Notes: a model not told the origin generated them from the letters alone. Counted from the whole stretch's first letter, positions 1 through 14,300 are shown. The stretch is 61,553 nucleotides of DNA, filler included, from Choristocarpus tenellus KU-1152 (GCA_964200185.2; 10 parts of 10 records of this genome joined end to end with filler, not necessarily neighbours in it); one strand, 5' to 3'. Numbers and translations are program-made.

Positions 1-1002
1 AGTAGACAGCCGCCACCCCCCCCGAGATACTTTGAGCAAACAGCTATAAGATCCAAAACGACACTAATCTATGGATCCCAACGAGCCAAAGTAAACGAGA
101 GGTACCTAGGTTTTGGTCATTTTGCGTTTGGAGTCAGTTTTTCAATCTTTTGCAACTCGCTCACATTATGTGGGTGAAATGCAAAGTTTGACTTGATAAT
201 ATTAATTTCTATATTGTTTGAGACTTTTCGACAGAATTTAGAAATATCCTACTCAGGATCCAGCACTCAGAACGTCAAAAATAGCAATTTTCCCAAACTG
301 AATTTATACTGCTATGGTGCATTCTTGGGGATGATAGTGTATCACCCCAGCTCTACTACTAAGGAAATCATGCAGCACTTCGAATTGTGGGATGTTTTAG
401 TTGATAAATGCAGTAAAATAATAACTTTGTCTCAACCCTTCATAAAGACCATTACAACGTTGAAGTCCTAGATCTTATATGCTGTCCTTCTTGACTATTT
501 ATTATTTGGTCACTGTAAGACCATACATTTGCTATATATACCCTTCATGGCAGTCCTTTCTGTATGCCCTGATCAAAGCAATAAAGTTAATAACCAATGC
601 GAGAGATCCAGCGTATTTAATGATATTTCTGTTATGGTGCCCTCTGCGAGCCTCATCAACCACCTCCAGGCTCGTGGATTGTAGATACATATCCCATTAT
701 GGCATGCTTGCGGAGTGTTTGTAAGAACTTATCCCTGAACTAAGCAGTATTGATGTGATATCCGAGCTAAGGAATTATTTAGTATTGAGAACAACAAAAC
801 GCGCATTATAAGATAATGCGATCTGTTTTGGTATTGTGTTGGTGAGCTATGTTATAGGGAATATAATCCATAATAGTACTTAGAATGTAAGGTGTTCGTT
901 CAGATGCATATTTGCCCGCTGAAATCTTGTAGATTTTGTGATGTTGGGAAGCTCCATCCTCAATTTTTGAAATCGGCTGTTAATAGAGGAAACATGGGGT
1001 AA

Positions 1003-1258
1003 GAGTGAAAGTATCTTAGAGGTAACGAGTTTTGCCCTGTTTGTCCATTTGGGGCTTGGCTTCCCTTGGGGTTATTATGATATTTTTCTTGTCCAAAATA
1101 TTTCGGAGAAGGTAAAATGTGTACGTTATGAGAAGTTGTGTCCTGAAGAAGGATATGGACACTTGCTAACAAAAACGACAGCCAATTACATCAAAATCGC
1201 AACATTGGATGTTGACCTCCAAATCGACGCGGCTCTACCTTCTAAGATACTTTGGTTC
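1003..1258. mobile_element. MITE family B, full copy (256 bp)
   Basis: Termini GAGTGAAAGTATCTTAGAG ... TTCTAAGATACTTTGGTTC, flanked by TAA/TAA. Homologous to copies at 3074, 22216, 23173 and 58052. Confidence 0.85.
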
Positions 1259-3073
1259 TAAAGTTTACAACAATAACAACAGTAAATGCACTCTATATTT
1301 ACTCTATTTCTTCCAAGATATGCTTCAGATATACCAACAAGAGTCGCAGTGTATTTGAAGGCAGCAAAGGAATATATTATTACGTAATAGATATAGTTGA
1401 AACTGGTCTTATACTGACACTACGAACCGGTCCCGGAATAAGGGAAGAGTCCCACAAGTCAGTCAACCTAGGTCTAGCCCACCAAGCCTGCGTCTCAAGT
1501 ATAAGCTGCATCACAACGGTGATCAAAACGTGATTCCATAAATGACCAGAAAGAGGAGTAGTAAATACTACTACTACATAACCTATGATACATAGCACTC
1601 AGGGGAGTACAAAGTACTCCAGCTAGGTAGTAGTGTGCATTTCTATATATATGTTTCCTTATATATCCTCAAGCATTGTGTTTTGCACATAGTATATCCT
1701 AAGATAAGGTGTGTCGATCGATAAGGCATGCCACTTTGGCTTGGCACAGTTGTCATTTCTCGATTTTGTATTTCGTGGAATAAGCAAAGGATGTATCAGA
1801 TATAACATCATTGGGCAGACATATCTCAAAGTACATACAGTGTCAAGGGCGGTTACATCTCCTTTTTGTCACAACCAGTCAAATAATAGCCTTCCCATCT
1901 ACCTCCCGCACACTAAGGCACAGTTCGACCACGCCAAACGGTGTGAAAGGCTGCTGTCTCGTTCCTACCGTCAAGCTGGAACTATCACACTTCAATACCC
2001 ATAAATCTTGGTGTAGAGACACTACATCCATTAAATCTGTGGCACAATCGATCGAGAAGGGGACGGACGATGAGGCGAAGAGGCTCTGCTATGATTGTCG
2101 TACTCCTAAGGAGAACAAGAGTGGTGAGGGCACCAGTGATGATGAGCACGTTATAGTTTGAAGGAATTCTTTTCCTCTAACTGGAAAAGCTGTTCATATT
2201 GCTGACAATGTACAGCTCTCTCCAATACAAGGTCAACGTTTTGGGAAGATGCTGCCAACATAGTTGGGGGCAGTGCCTTGTCCACCACAGGAAAGTGTAG
2301 TTGGGAATATAAGGATTATCTTTACCGCAGAAAGGCAAAGTGATGGACGTGTTTGGCGGGCATAATTATGAACCAAGTCGACAAAGCAAAATAATACAGT
2401 GCGGATATAAGACCTTAACGCAAATTAGAACGAAAGCAAGAAAGAGCTTCAGGAACGACTCAAGATAGTGGTTGTAAAACAAGGTACTAAGAGGTAATCT
2501 TTAACACCCCTACTACCTATGCATGTATTGTGATACTACTGTCTGCAATACCACAGTGTTTATGCTGCACAACTCCAACTGTGACTATGCCCTATGTTTA
2601 GATCTACCTTATTGCGGCAACAAAATACTGGTTGGTAACAACTTTCGAGTTCTTCTTGTTAGAATCAAGTGGATAGCATGGTCACGGGGTTGGTGGAGAG
2701 GTCTAGAATAGTTGGTTTGTAGGTATTTTCTTACCAAAAATCCTCCTGATCCAGATATTAAGTCCTTGGAGAACTTTAATGGGTGATATAATATTGTAGA
2801 TGAAAACCTTCTTAGTTCCAACAAGATTACAATCGTGTTGATACATGGGAAGGCTTGCAGTGTTGGTGAGTCCCTAGGTCGCATTTTCTTTGTCTTGGTT
2901 CACAATCAATCCCGTCTATATACCTCACCTCCTGACACTGGCCATAGGTACTGACTGTAGGCGAACATTTATAATACCCCAGAGAAAGCTGAGCTCCTGA
3001 AGAAACTGGGTTTGGGAGACGAACCAGGAGAGGAGCATGATAGAGGCTGTGAGCCTAGCTTGGTGAAACCAAT

Positions 3074-3334
3074 GACCCAAATAATCTATGGGGGTAGGAG
3101 TTTTGCTCTGTTTGTCCGTTCGGGGCTTGGCTTCCGACGGATTTTTTATACCCTTTTTCGGTTTTCGAAATATTTCAGAGTAGGTAGAATGTATACGACT
3201 ATAAAAAGCGTGTCCGGAGCAACGATGTCGACACCTGCTAACAAACACGATGGCTAAAATCACATCAAAAAAACTCAAAATTGGATTTTGGACCCCAAAC
3301 GGACACGGTCCTACACTTTTAAATTCTTTGACTC
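3074..3334. mobile_element. MITE family B, diverged full copy (261 bp)
   Basis: Internal GTTTTGCTCTGTTTGTCCGTTCGGGGCTTGGCTTCC matches the 1003 copy. Degenerate TIRs, flanked by CAAT/CAAT. Confidence 0.75.
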
Positions 3335-5383
3335 CAATAGAAACCTCCATATCAGGACTGGTGAGCTTCTGGTCAAAGACAGTCTCACTACGACTCAAGA
3401 GTGGCTACAGCCAGAAGAACAGGATAAACTACTCTGGAGTAGTTGAGGCTTTGGCATAGGATTTGTTGCTTGTGTTATAAGCACTGCAAGGTAAGGCTAG
3501 TGAGAAAGGAGGTGGATTGTCAGAAGGCGAGGCCGAGACACAGAGTGGTGGAGGTGATGGTGGTGGAGAGGTTGTATAGTGCTTCCTTCTCCTTGATAAT
3601 ATCTGACTACTGTTTTCATTTTTTTCGATCATCAGGGAAACATACCTCTAACTAATATGTAATAATCAATCAAAATCAATAAAAAAACAACCTATTAACT
3701 ACTCCCTTAGGTCTGACTTAGACTGAACCGACCCTTAACGTCATTGATATCACACGTATATCCATGAAAATTGATTGTACTATATAAATGTTTAAGTTCT
3801 CCATGTAAACTTATTCTGTACCTGCAATGATCTATCACATCTATGTCTAGAACGTCAAGTGGGCATGAAAATCTTCATATTTCAGTTACCATACAGACAG
3901 GTATTTATTACTATAATTGAAACAGACGTGTCCGAGCATGTTTTATGATGATTCTTTCTCTGTGATGATAGATCAGCTTATATATTATTTCTCCCCTACA
4001 GCAAATCTGCAAAATATTATGGGGTGGGGATATGGCTAAAATCCAATATCCAAACATGAATATTGTTTGAAGTAGAAGGTTGTTGGGTCGGTGTACCCAA
4101 CCTAACTCATCTCGTTCGCCAATCCTCCCAATCAATAATCTTCTTACGACCGTTTTGCCCTTGACAAGGAGGAAAAAGCTTCTGGTAGACTCACATATAC
4201 TCAGTACGTACATAATGAAAAACAAAGCTAGAAATTGTTAGCTCATGCAGAGGTGGATTGTTTGGGGGTAAGGGTTTACAGATTCAGATACCATCACAAA
4301 GAATCGAGAGATCAACGTATAGGCACGGGGTGGAGCAGGGGTGAAGATGGTGTGGTGTAAATCCTGAAGTTGACCCGAAAAAAGGGTGATATCTGCATCT
4401 ACATCCATAACTTCACGTGCATCAAAGTTGACATAGTTTCCAGGGTGGATTTTTTTTAGTAGTCCAACACAGCATAAAAATAATTGGTGTTGGGACCTTC
4501 ACATATCCATATGTCAGTAGAAGCGAAAGACTAAATCGAAAATTTTCAATATTGTACTTTGAAAAATTATAGTTGACGTTCTTGGATGGTATCAGAGGGT
4601 ACAATAAATATATAATACTATGTCCTCTGACACTTTGCAGATTTGTCATGGGAAAAAAAAATCAATATCATAAGAATCTCTGTGGATGTAACAGTTGTCA
4701 TAAATGTGCAAGATACCTCTCTAATATATATAACATAAAATATAGCTAACATTCAACTCGACTCACCCCCTCAGTCCACAGTATAGCAATATATTATTTT
4801 ATTTTATGCCCTCAGGTATTTTGTAGATGTGTCAGGGAAAAAGCCAGTTCAGTATCATAACGAACCCTGTAAAACAATATATATTGTACACCTTTACGGA
4901 GTATGTGTTTTCTTTTTATGACTCTGACAGGGAGACGTTGTAAGTGTAAGTAAGTAGTGTCGAAGAGGCGTCTTGTTGTCTCTTCTTGGTGATTGTGTGG
5001 ACATGCACCGCCACCACCAGAGAAGAAGTGAGGAGAGCATAGTTATTGTTTGCTGATATATGGGAGAAGTACATCTCACACAGTAGAGTCAAGGCAAAAG
5101 ATAAGTACCCAGAGTTGCATTTTAAGGATACTGAAAAATTTGTGCAAAATTCGACTTTTTTGCAACTAACTGTGTGTAGCATATTTTCTGAATTGTGTCG
5201 TAAAGGTTCAAACAATAGAGAAATAAACACTCTCCAGTCAAACCTAGAACTAACTCTATACATAGAAATATGGGTAAATTGCAAAAGACTGAAAAAATTC
5301 CTCCTACTTTTAGGAGTACCTGTGTACCTCTCGTTTACTTTGATTCAGTAGTATTGCAAGTGGCCTACTTGTCACTGGTAATG

Positions 5384-5459
5384 GACCCAAAGTAACTGGG
5401 AGGGGGGGGGGGGTCTACACTAGGGGGTCCAAAATCAGGAAAAAAACATTTACAGTATC
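5384..5459. mobile_element. MITE family A-like terminus at a contig end
   Basis: GACCCAAAGTAACTGGGAGGGG...GGTCTACAC runs into the gap. Similar termini occur at contig ends 1-37, 5560-5607, 21211-21239, 23792-23848, 39429-39472 and 39573-39596. Confidence 0.7.
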
Positions 5460-5559
5460 NNNNNNNNNNNNNNNNNNNNNNNNNNNNNNNNNNNNNNNNN
5501 NNNTTAATTAATTAANNNNNNNNNNNNNNNNNNNNNNNNNNNNNNNNNNNNNNNNNNNN
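5460..5559. other. Artificial contig spacer
   Basis: 44 N + TTAATTAATTAA (stops in all six frames) + 44 N. Confidence 0.98.
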
Positions 5560-5611
5560 TGACCCCAAATGGACAACCGCTACCCCCCTCCCAGATACTT
5601 TGAACCGGAGC

Positions 5612-8600
5612 TTTGGAATACTTTAGCTTCAGTACATTTTGGTCAGGATAAACATCCAGATTGTATCGTGATCTATACGCTTCAGTCATTTCGGTACACT
5701 GAGGAACTTCTTTTGCTTTCCGTCAGACATAACTAGCTGGAGCAAAACCTCTAAATCTAAGCCGGTATGAATAGATATGTGGGGATTTACGACCCAGTTC
5801 AGGTTTATGGTCTGCAATGCCCTCATCAACAAGTATGACCCTAAAGTTGGTTGAACAGTCGAACTTTGTTCTACATCTGGTTCAGGTATTATTCTGTCCA
5901 GAAATAGAGAATTAGAAGAGTCAATGTCTGGTTCAGGAGGGTGGCCCTCTTTGTGTTGTTTAAGTCGGGCTATATGCACAGTGATTTCTCGACGGTCGGC
6001 CTGCACCTTATCACGGTAGATTACCGGAGTTATCCTCTCTTTTATTTCTTATGGTCCTCTCCACAGCGACAGTAAATTGGGGTTAGGAGCGTCTGTCGAA
6101 GTGTGGGGTTTGTGTAGCCGCGCCTCGGCACAAAATTCATAAATAGAAATGGTGTGTTCAGTGGCCTTGGACTAGTTGCGCAAAGTCATCTCACCACTAT
6201 TCTGTATAGTCAGTTCATAAGCTAGTTGTAAACTATCCACTGTTTGTTTACTGTGCTCTTGGGTAGAAATAGGCACGGCCTCTGGTTCTCCAAAAATGAT
6301 ATCGATTGGTAATGTGGGACGTCTCCAAAACATCAAATAAAAGGGTGTTTCTTGTATAGTGGTATTATAAGTGGTATTGTGACCCAGTTGCACAAAAGGC
6401 AATAATGACACCCAATCCGATTGCTTCATATTGGAATATATTCCTAGCATGCCATGCATTGTCTTAAGATTTTTTCAAGGGTGCTATTGCCTTGAGGTCG
6501 ATATGGTGTTGGTTTTGCTTTCTTCTATCCATAGATCTTTTGAAGTTCCAGAATCAGTGTATTTTCAAATTCCTTACATTGGTCTGAGTGTAAGGTTTCT
6601 GGGGCGCCAAAAATAGAAAACATCCGTTCTCTTAATGCTTTTGCTACAGTTTGCTTTGCTACGAAATCAATTGCCACTTTCTGAAATGGGTGTGTTACAG
6701 GCATATGCCCTGGAGGGTTTGATAGGTTTGAAGGGGTCGTCTTGCAACTCTGGCATGATTGACATGTTTCTCACCAAGCTCGAACATCTTTATGTAAAGT
6801 GGGCCACCAAAAACGATCATGAATCCGGTCAAAAGTGTGCTTGAATGTATGGTGTCCTGAGACCTAATGACCATGAAGGGCATGGAGTATTAAACCTTGT
6901 ACCGCAGTGGGTACCACTAATTGATCTCAGAATTCATCGTTCTTTCAAAGATGACCGGGTTGATACGAATTGCGTAACATCTGTTTTTTTTTGGTAAAGG
7001 GCTTTTTCTGGATTAGCCAATTTTTTATAATAGTCTACATATTGAGCTTGTTGAGCTTTGGATAATACTTGAGGATCCACTGTTGGGAAAACATTAATGG
7101 CGCTAGTGAATAGTTCTGTATCGTTTTGTACTCTGGTAATTTCACCTAGTTTATCCACTGATCGTATGCAGGTTAAACCTTGGGTGTGGAGACATCCGAC
7201 TCTGTTTGGCCTATATTGTGGCACAGTGGGGCTAGTGGGAGTGGTGTTTCATCCAACATAAATTCCTCCAATTGTGTCCAGGATAACATATCCGGAAAGT
7301 AGTGTAAACGTCCTGATTTATGTAAAACTGTGAAATCAAAAGCTTGTAAGGCTAAGGCCCACCTGGTCAACATATTGTAAGTATCTTGCATTGTATGTGG
7401 CCAACGTAATGCCGACTGATCTTACAACTGTAAAGTGCTTACCCCAAATATATGGGCACCAATGTGTTATGGCAAGAGTGACGGCCAGACATTCTTTCTG
7501 AGTTGCTGAATATCGTCTTTGGATTGACTTAAAAAGAGCACTGTGGTGGGCTACAATTTGGAAACTATCGCCTTCATTTTTATGTGCCAAGAAAGCTCCC
7601 ATGCCAACATCGTTAGCGTCCACGTGAATAAAGAACTCCTGAGTAAAATCTAGAAAGCTTAACACTGGCGCCATAGTTAATAGACGTTTACACTAATTAA
7701 AGTAATTTTACTGTGGTTGTCCCCATAGTTGAGATAGACTTACGTCCCTTCCAGACTATTTTGTACTTTTCCTTGTTAGTGCCACCAGGGGTTCGGTTAT
7801 TGTAGCCAAATGGGGAATGTATTTCTTAACAAAGTTCATGGAACCTAGAAAGGATTGTAATTCTTTCACAAATTTAGGGGCGTTCAGAGCGGTAATAGCC
7901 TGGATTCGATCTGGTGACACAGCAATACCACTGGGGCTGACTTCGTGTCCCAAAATAATGAATTGATTTTGAGCCAAATTGGGCTTTAGATGGTTTAAGG
8001 GTAACTCATACTTGCTGCTGCAGTAACGACAACACGTTATCAAGAAGTTGGATATGATGGCTCCACGTTGGGGAGGCTAGTACAATATCATCAAGAAAAC
8101 TCAGTAAGCCCATTTTCGGTCCTAGAGCTGAAAAGGTTTCAGACATGAAGCGTTGGTGTATCCATGGTGCATTAGCAACACCAAAGGGTAGCCTTTTGAA
8201 TTCGTATTTCCATCCGGTGCAACAAAGGCATTTTCTTGGTGTTCCCAGGCGTTGGTGATGGGTAGGTGCCAGTAGGCTGACTGAACATCGAGACACGACA
8301 GGTATTTTGCTCCCCCTAGTGTACTCAAACAATATTCCATAGATGGTAACAGTCAGGAATTACGTACCAATTTTTTGTTTAACCTAGAGTGGCTACAGTT
8401 GACGAAACCCATCAGGTTTTGTAACTATGGCTACTGGTGACGCCCAAGGGCTCGAGGAGGGTTGAATTATTCCCTGATTTTCATGTCTTCCACACAACCA
8501 CGGATTGTTTCACGTATTTTGGGTGCGGTCGGATATGGTGGACGATTCACAGGAACTGTACCTGGTTCAAGTGGAAATTCAACACTGGGATTATTGCAAC

Positions 8601-10300
8601 AGCCTAGTTCCTCAGAATTGAGTGAAAAAATACAGGTCGATATTTAGCAACAAGGTCAAGTAGTTCTTAGGTACCACTGTATCTGCCAGGGCTTCTTTAC
8701 CGAAACTTCTTTTAACTTATCATGGCTTGTTTAAGCTCCTCTGGAGTGCTCGGAGTAGCAGCTATGATACTGGTCTGTGCTTCAGAAAGGGTGTGAATTT
8801 GATGCGCTGGTGCTATATGACCTACAACAAATCGAGGAGGTATCTTAACACCATGATTGGAAGGGTTGGCAATTTTGACTAAGCAAGATCCATCCTCTCA
8901 CCAAACAATTAAAGACCGACCGACCATGGTATCTTTCCACTGAGAGTGGTGATGTTCCTGTTTGATAAAATCCATGCTCATCTTGACAATGGACTCCACT
9001 ACAGCATCTTCGGCTGATCCAGGTAAGGCCTGAGAACACATTGAAACAACAATTTCGGTTTCCGGGGGTAAATGTGATGTTTTATGTCTTACATGTACAG
9101 ATATGGTGTGAACTCACAGTTGAAATTGTAGTGACTGTCATCTCTACTGAACAGTTTTGAAGAGTATTTTGACTAATGGTTGGTGGATTAACAATGGGTA
9201 TAGGAGAAATTACATGAGGGGCTGGAAAGCGAACTGTGCTCCCAGAAAATGTTATTTCTTCTCTATCCCAGTCCAACTTCGGTCCAAAAGCAGCAATATG
9301 ATTCTGCTGTCAAAAGTATCTTGTCAACACCTAAAGAGGGTAGAATAACTGCTTGAACAGGTAGTGCTTATTCCCCAAGTTTAGTTGAAATTGAATGAAG
9401 CCATGTAGTCGTAAAGGTCTTCTCCCGGTCCCTTTTAAATATAAGGCACCATCTGGTATAGGACTGATGTGAGCAGAACAAAGGGTGGGATGAGCTTGCA
9501 TGTAACGACAGCTAATGACCAGGATGTCAGTTGCGGTATCAACTGTGATTTGTGAAACTGAATGATCATCAATTTCGCCAGCAATCAATACTCAACGGGA
9601 TGAAACCCGCAAGGTACACCGGTGTTTAGAGTAATAGGGAATTGCAGATGTATGCCAACAACACACTGACTCGGTGCAACACATTCGAGATGATACAAAG
9701 TCTTCACTCACTGATCCAATAAATTTGGAAGAATGCTTCACTGCTGAGGATGTTATTGCATTAACAAAATGAGTCCGAGGCAGTGGATTGTAATTTGGCC
9801 ATTTTGAGTGAATCAACCTTTGTAGGTTTTTTCACTGCAGGGTTAGAGCCCAAGGAATTGTTAGATGTGATCGAGACAGTGTTTGTTCAAATGCATCATC
9901 AAGTGGCTGATTTGATGAACAACTTAGTTGGTTAACCACTTCTGGTTCGGATCCCAAAGAAAAATGGTAACGGTCTGGTGTAGGCAGGTGTTGCCCATGT
10001 CTTTCTTTACTTACCCTATCTGAGTGGCAATTTGTAACAACATTGCTCACTAGCGGTAAGGAAACCAATAGAAATTAGAAAAGCGTGATCGAGACATTTA
10101 TTCCTTACGTGCATCAGTAGTTAGCCTATTTGAGCGACAAACTTTCAAACACAGGTTTGTTCACAACTGGGTAGGATACCATCAACTAGGAAAGGCCAAA
10201 AAGAAAAAATGCCCTTAACCCGACAGAGTTACGCCTTGTCTCCTTCCCTATCTGCCTCAAAGAATTTGGTATCTTTAATGTCTTTGGTAGAAAGAATTTT
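5612..10300 (-). mobile_element. Decayed Ty3/gypsy LTR retrotransposon internal region with C-terminal chromodomain
   Basis: Frameshifted fragments in order PR (VDTATDILVIS, ~9331-9588), RT (LDVQSAYWH, YEFKRLPFGVANAP, SFLDDIV, ~7756-8520), RNase H (HVDANDVGMGAFL, RRYSATQKECLA), integrase (DWVSLLPFVQLGHNT, ETPFYLMF), chromodomain (~5660-5830). The 5' (gag) boundary is uncertain and no LTR was identified. Confidence 0.9.
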
Positions 10301-10725
10301 CACCGTAAATGGTGGCTAGAACAAAGTGCTGTACTTATCTGTACGTGAGTAACTTCAACCAGGTTGAACGTGGCTGTCAGGATTGAGATGGCTAGCGCGA
10401 AATCATGAAGGCTGCCACGTATTAAGTCTCTGAGTATGTACTGACTGGCATTATCCTCTATGACCTCCATCAAGATTTCATATTCCTCTCCAATTTCGCC
10501 GCAATCCTATACCCTCAAACCACAACCCTATACCCCAATGGTGTATCAAAATGGAAAGGGACCCTGATTTGTCCGCCGCCTCCCTTTCTTGCTTCCGTGA
10601 GTCTCTCAGGGTATGCCTTCGACTAAATCAGTCGTAAGGATAGCGGATGTACCAGGTGGGTTTGGTGGAGGTGACGAGATCTTGTCTAGAGAAGGTTGAG
10701 TATTGCCTTTGCATCCTCAAACTCG

Positions 10726-10917
10726 AACCCAAAGTATTTGTAGGGGGGGTGGGTGGGGGGAGAGGTTTACACCAGGGTGTCCCTTTTGGGACAAACTCAG
10801 TCAAAGTGTATTTACATAATCCATCTGACGTATGGAACCAAATCACACAAAAATCGCGACATGAAAAAATTGACTCCAAATGGACAGCCGCCACCCCCCC
10901 CCCATATACTTTGAGTC
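10726..10917. mobile_element. MITE family A, full copy (192 bp)
   Basis: AACCCAAAGTATTTG(G-run) ... (C-run)ATATACTTTGAGTC, flanked by TCG/TCG. Homologous to 21986-22165, 1-37 and 5560-5607. Confidence 0.8.
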
Positions 10918-11374
10918 TCGTACTTGTCTTCGACCGCATTTTTGTTTGATGTTGCCATGATATGGACTTCTAACTTGTTGAAATCTCTTTTAAAGCCTCG
11001 GCGTGAGTATCACCGTCGCGAGGAAGGGACCAATCAGTCGTGGGGGGTGTTCAGAATCACCAGTCGTGTCACGGTGGGGTGGTTCCAGCAATCCCAAAAG
11101 GTCTTTCAGGTATCAAATTTTAGGAGAAGTTTGAAGAGAATCCCAGATCCGCCAGATGACATCATCACATCTTGGTGATCGTCAACGACAAGAGAGTTCT
11201 CTTTGTTTGATGTTGGTGGGAACATCATCAATAACAAAGAAATGTGCGCGCAGTGAACTTGTGCGCGCGCGGATGTGTATCTGGAATGAGATCACCTCCC
11301 ACAGAGATTTCTTCACATAGTTATAGATTGCGTTTTTGGAACACTTGAATACCAAAGGAACAAAGGAGGGGAAG

Positions 11375-14300
11375 ATGGAACAGACGAGGCGGAGGCGTAG
11401 ACCTGATCATTGGGCAAGGTATGGATCATTTCTTTGTGTTTATCCAACCATTTCTCCAATCCCACCAAATGCTGATGATCTTCATTGAGCACTATTTCGA
11501 TCCTTACTGAAGTAGGTACGAGGAGAAGGACCATCAGATCCTTCGTTTTCCCGCCTCGGAGGTGGCAGCGATAGCTGGATACCACCCTTGGACAGATATC
11601 CCAGAACTGCTCATGGAAAGGCTATTGTATCAGGTGGGCCCGGTCACCCTCGTCCTTGAGATGACTTTTATGTGTTGGCCTGGACTCCTTGCTCTTGTCC
11701 TCCAGTCTCAGTAGTATGTTATCCACAGCTTAGTTCTTTCTAAGAGTTACCCACCACCTTTGATTTTGTTCGTGCGTATGCACTCCCACTTGGTAATACG
11801 TCCACTCTGATCCAATTGATGCCATTTAGGTTGAAGTTGGCAATTTTCAACATATTTTCAATAGGTTGCTCGTTGATATTGCTCATTTAGGACCCACTCC
11901 CTTTCCCCTAGGACCTAGAACACGTGTTGCAACAGGATGCTGAGACACTCGGCCTAACCCTGGAAGATCGTCATCAATTGTGTGATAAGCTTCTTCACAA
12001 AGCAGGCGATGCCGGTCTGCGGACGGTGCGAACAAAGGCAGGGGATGCCCAGTCTATAGTCAGTGTGGGAGACGCAGCCAAGCAGAGGGCAGAGGTATGG
12101 GGTGGTAGAAAGAAATGGACTCGGGGGGAGACCCTATCCCCCCTTATAGAAGGAGTATTTCTCCCAATGGACTATGGATGCAAGAGGATAATGTGACTTT
12201 CTATGTCGAGAATGATGTAAAGACGTGGAATAGCACTCGCAGCCTTGCCCGTGATCGAAGTTGTTGAGCCGCGCTATGGATCTTTTGTGAAGAGAGTTGG
12301 CAAGCCCTCAAAGTTGCGACGTGCTCAAGTCCTTGCAACGTACTTCCAGGGCATTTCAGTACTTCATGTCGACAGTTGGTATTTTAGAAAATATGCGAAG
12401 TACCTGTAATAGTAATTATTTGAACACAATATTTGCAAAACAACACCCAATAACCTAGCTTCCTGTTTCAAATTTGAACAACCACCCAATGGAAGCTGTG
12501 ATTGTGTCCACATGGGTTGTCCATTCAGGCTCAGGCATTGTTGAAGAAGGCTGAGGCAAAGAGGAGGCTATCTCATTCAGAGGCAGAAGCTCTTCGCAGA
12601 GAGCTGACGTACGAGATCAACACACAATTTGGGAAAAGGAATGAGGATGAGGCTCTCAGGCAGTATGAGCGGCGCACAGGCTCCCAGGTGCTTCTGAAGC
12701 CACAGTCCTTTGCAGTGTCTGCTCCTGAGAGGGGCCTGTCCATAACGTTTTTTCTCTCTACCTCTCTTTGCATCTCCTCCATCTCTGTTATAGTGCTATT
12801 GCATGGTATAGCTCAACCTGTGCTCTGTGTCTAATGCACAGGTCGTTCCTCTTGGTGCAACGTTCTTACAGGTTGCAAAGCCCAATAAAGGTGCTCATGC
12901 TGTGGTCAATCATGTTTGTTTTGCCTTGAATTTCGTATACCAAAGACATTCAAATGTGAATCTCTTTCCTTACCATCTCTTGCAGCTTCTTTCTTCAAAG
13001 AAGTCAAAAGCAGCATGGTATCATACTTTGAAATACTTGATGCATAGGTGTTCTGAGGATGGGAGGGTGCAACATGTGTCGGAAATCTCGAAAGTATGTA
13101 TGTATACACAAATTTCAATGATTGAACGTTTAACAGTGCAACTTGACTTTTATTGTACCAATATACACTAACTGCCATTGCCTTCCTAACCTCATTACTT
13201 TTGCCATCGTCTTTTCTAACATAATATGTATATGGTCTTCACAACCCTGAACTTTAAAGGTCTTCGGCCGTAACAACCGCTTCCTGGTCTGGCCGTTCCC
13301 AGGATCTAGGAATGGGGATGATATTCCTCATGGTGTTATTCAACCTCCTTCTGAGCTGAGCGAGGTGAACCCATGCCAACAGAACAAATAGATGTAAGGG
13401 TTCAACTTACTGTTATATATGTGGAACGATGTAATTGCGGATGCTGTGTGGTGCATTAACAGTGTGATGTGTGGAGGAAGGGGGATCATGGACCTCTGGA
13501 AATTGATGTTGATGATTTGTGCAGCACATTGTTTTTTTCACAAGGGCTTATTCAATACTTTATACACACAACGTCATGACTAGCAGTTTGACTGGGGAAG
13601 TTTTTTTGTTTGGCTACTGGTCATATCCCTTGCTTAGACCAGACTTTGATGTCACACTGGGCAGCAAACATAGTTTTTTTTAATTGGGTAGTTATGCCTT
13701 TACAGAAAGATGAGCCGGAGTGAACTGATGATCACCTGGAGAGTGCCCGGATCTTAACTCTCTGTCCATCAAGCAAAACAAATGCTTGCTTGTCAGATAC
13801 ATTAAAAGAAGCTCTGGGGGTTCTGTCCCTATCCCTGTCCCTAACTGTTGCCTGTGGCCTCCACCCAGTAGACAGGCACCATCTTGACACCTACAGTTTG
13901 AACTCCTTCTCCAGTGACAGAATAGCCCAAGCCCTGGTCCCAACCATAACCCTATTCCAAGCAACGACCTATAGTGCCTGAAATACCTTTATCCAACTCA
14001 ATAAGCTCAAAGTGACAACCACCCTGCGATCATCCCCACCCTCACCCCATAGCATTCAGTATCGAATTCACAGATACTACTTGTTAATTTGCACCTACTG
14101 CCTATCATAGGAAGGTGAATTTCAGGACTTCTTCCTTCATACACACCTACTTGTCTCCGCTGAATACAATGGTGTCACTGCCACCATTGCACTACCTATA
14201 CGGGGTTGTGAACACAATGGAAAGACTCGTTCACAGTATCCCATGTAAGATTTCATTCTCTGTGTATGTTTGAAGTTTCCTGTACCCATAACTCAAACAA

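Noticed and set aside
190-3000. Short ORFs suggesting decayed coding sequence (similar regions at 19300-20650, 21340-21970, 34860-36240, 39900-43200)
   Set aside because: All frames are interrupted and no family motif could be recognised. They are likely old TE debris but cannot be supported without a search.
5384-5607. MITE halves on either side of a spacer (also 39429-39596) as one element proving contig adjacency
   Set aside because: The flanks show no matching TSD (AATG vs GGAG; TACT vs TGAT).
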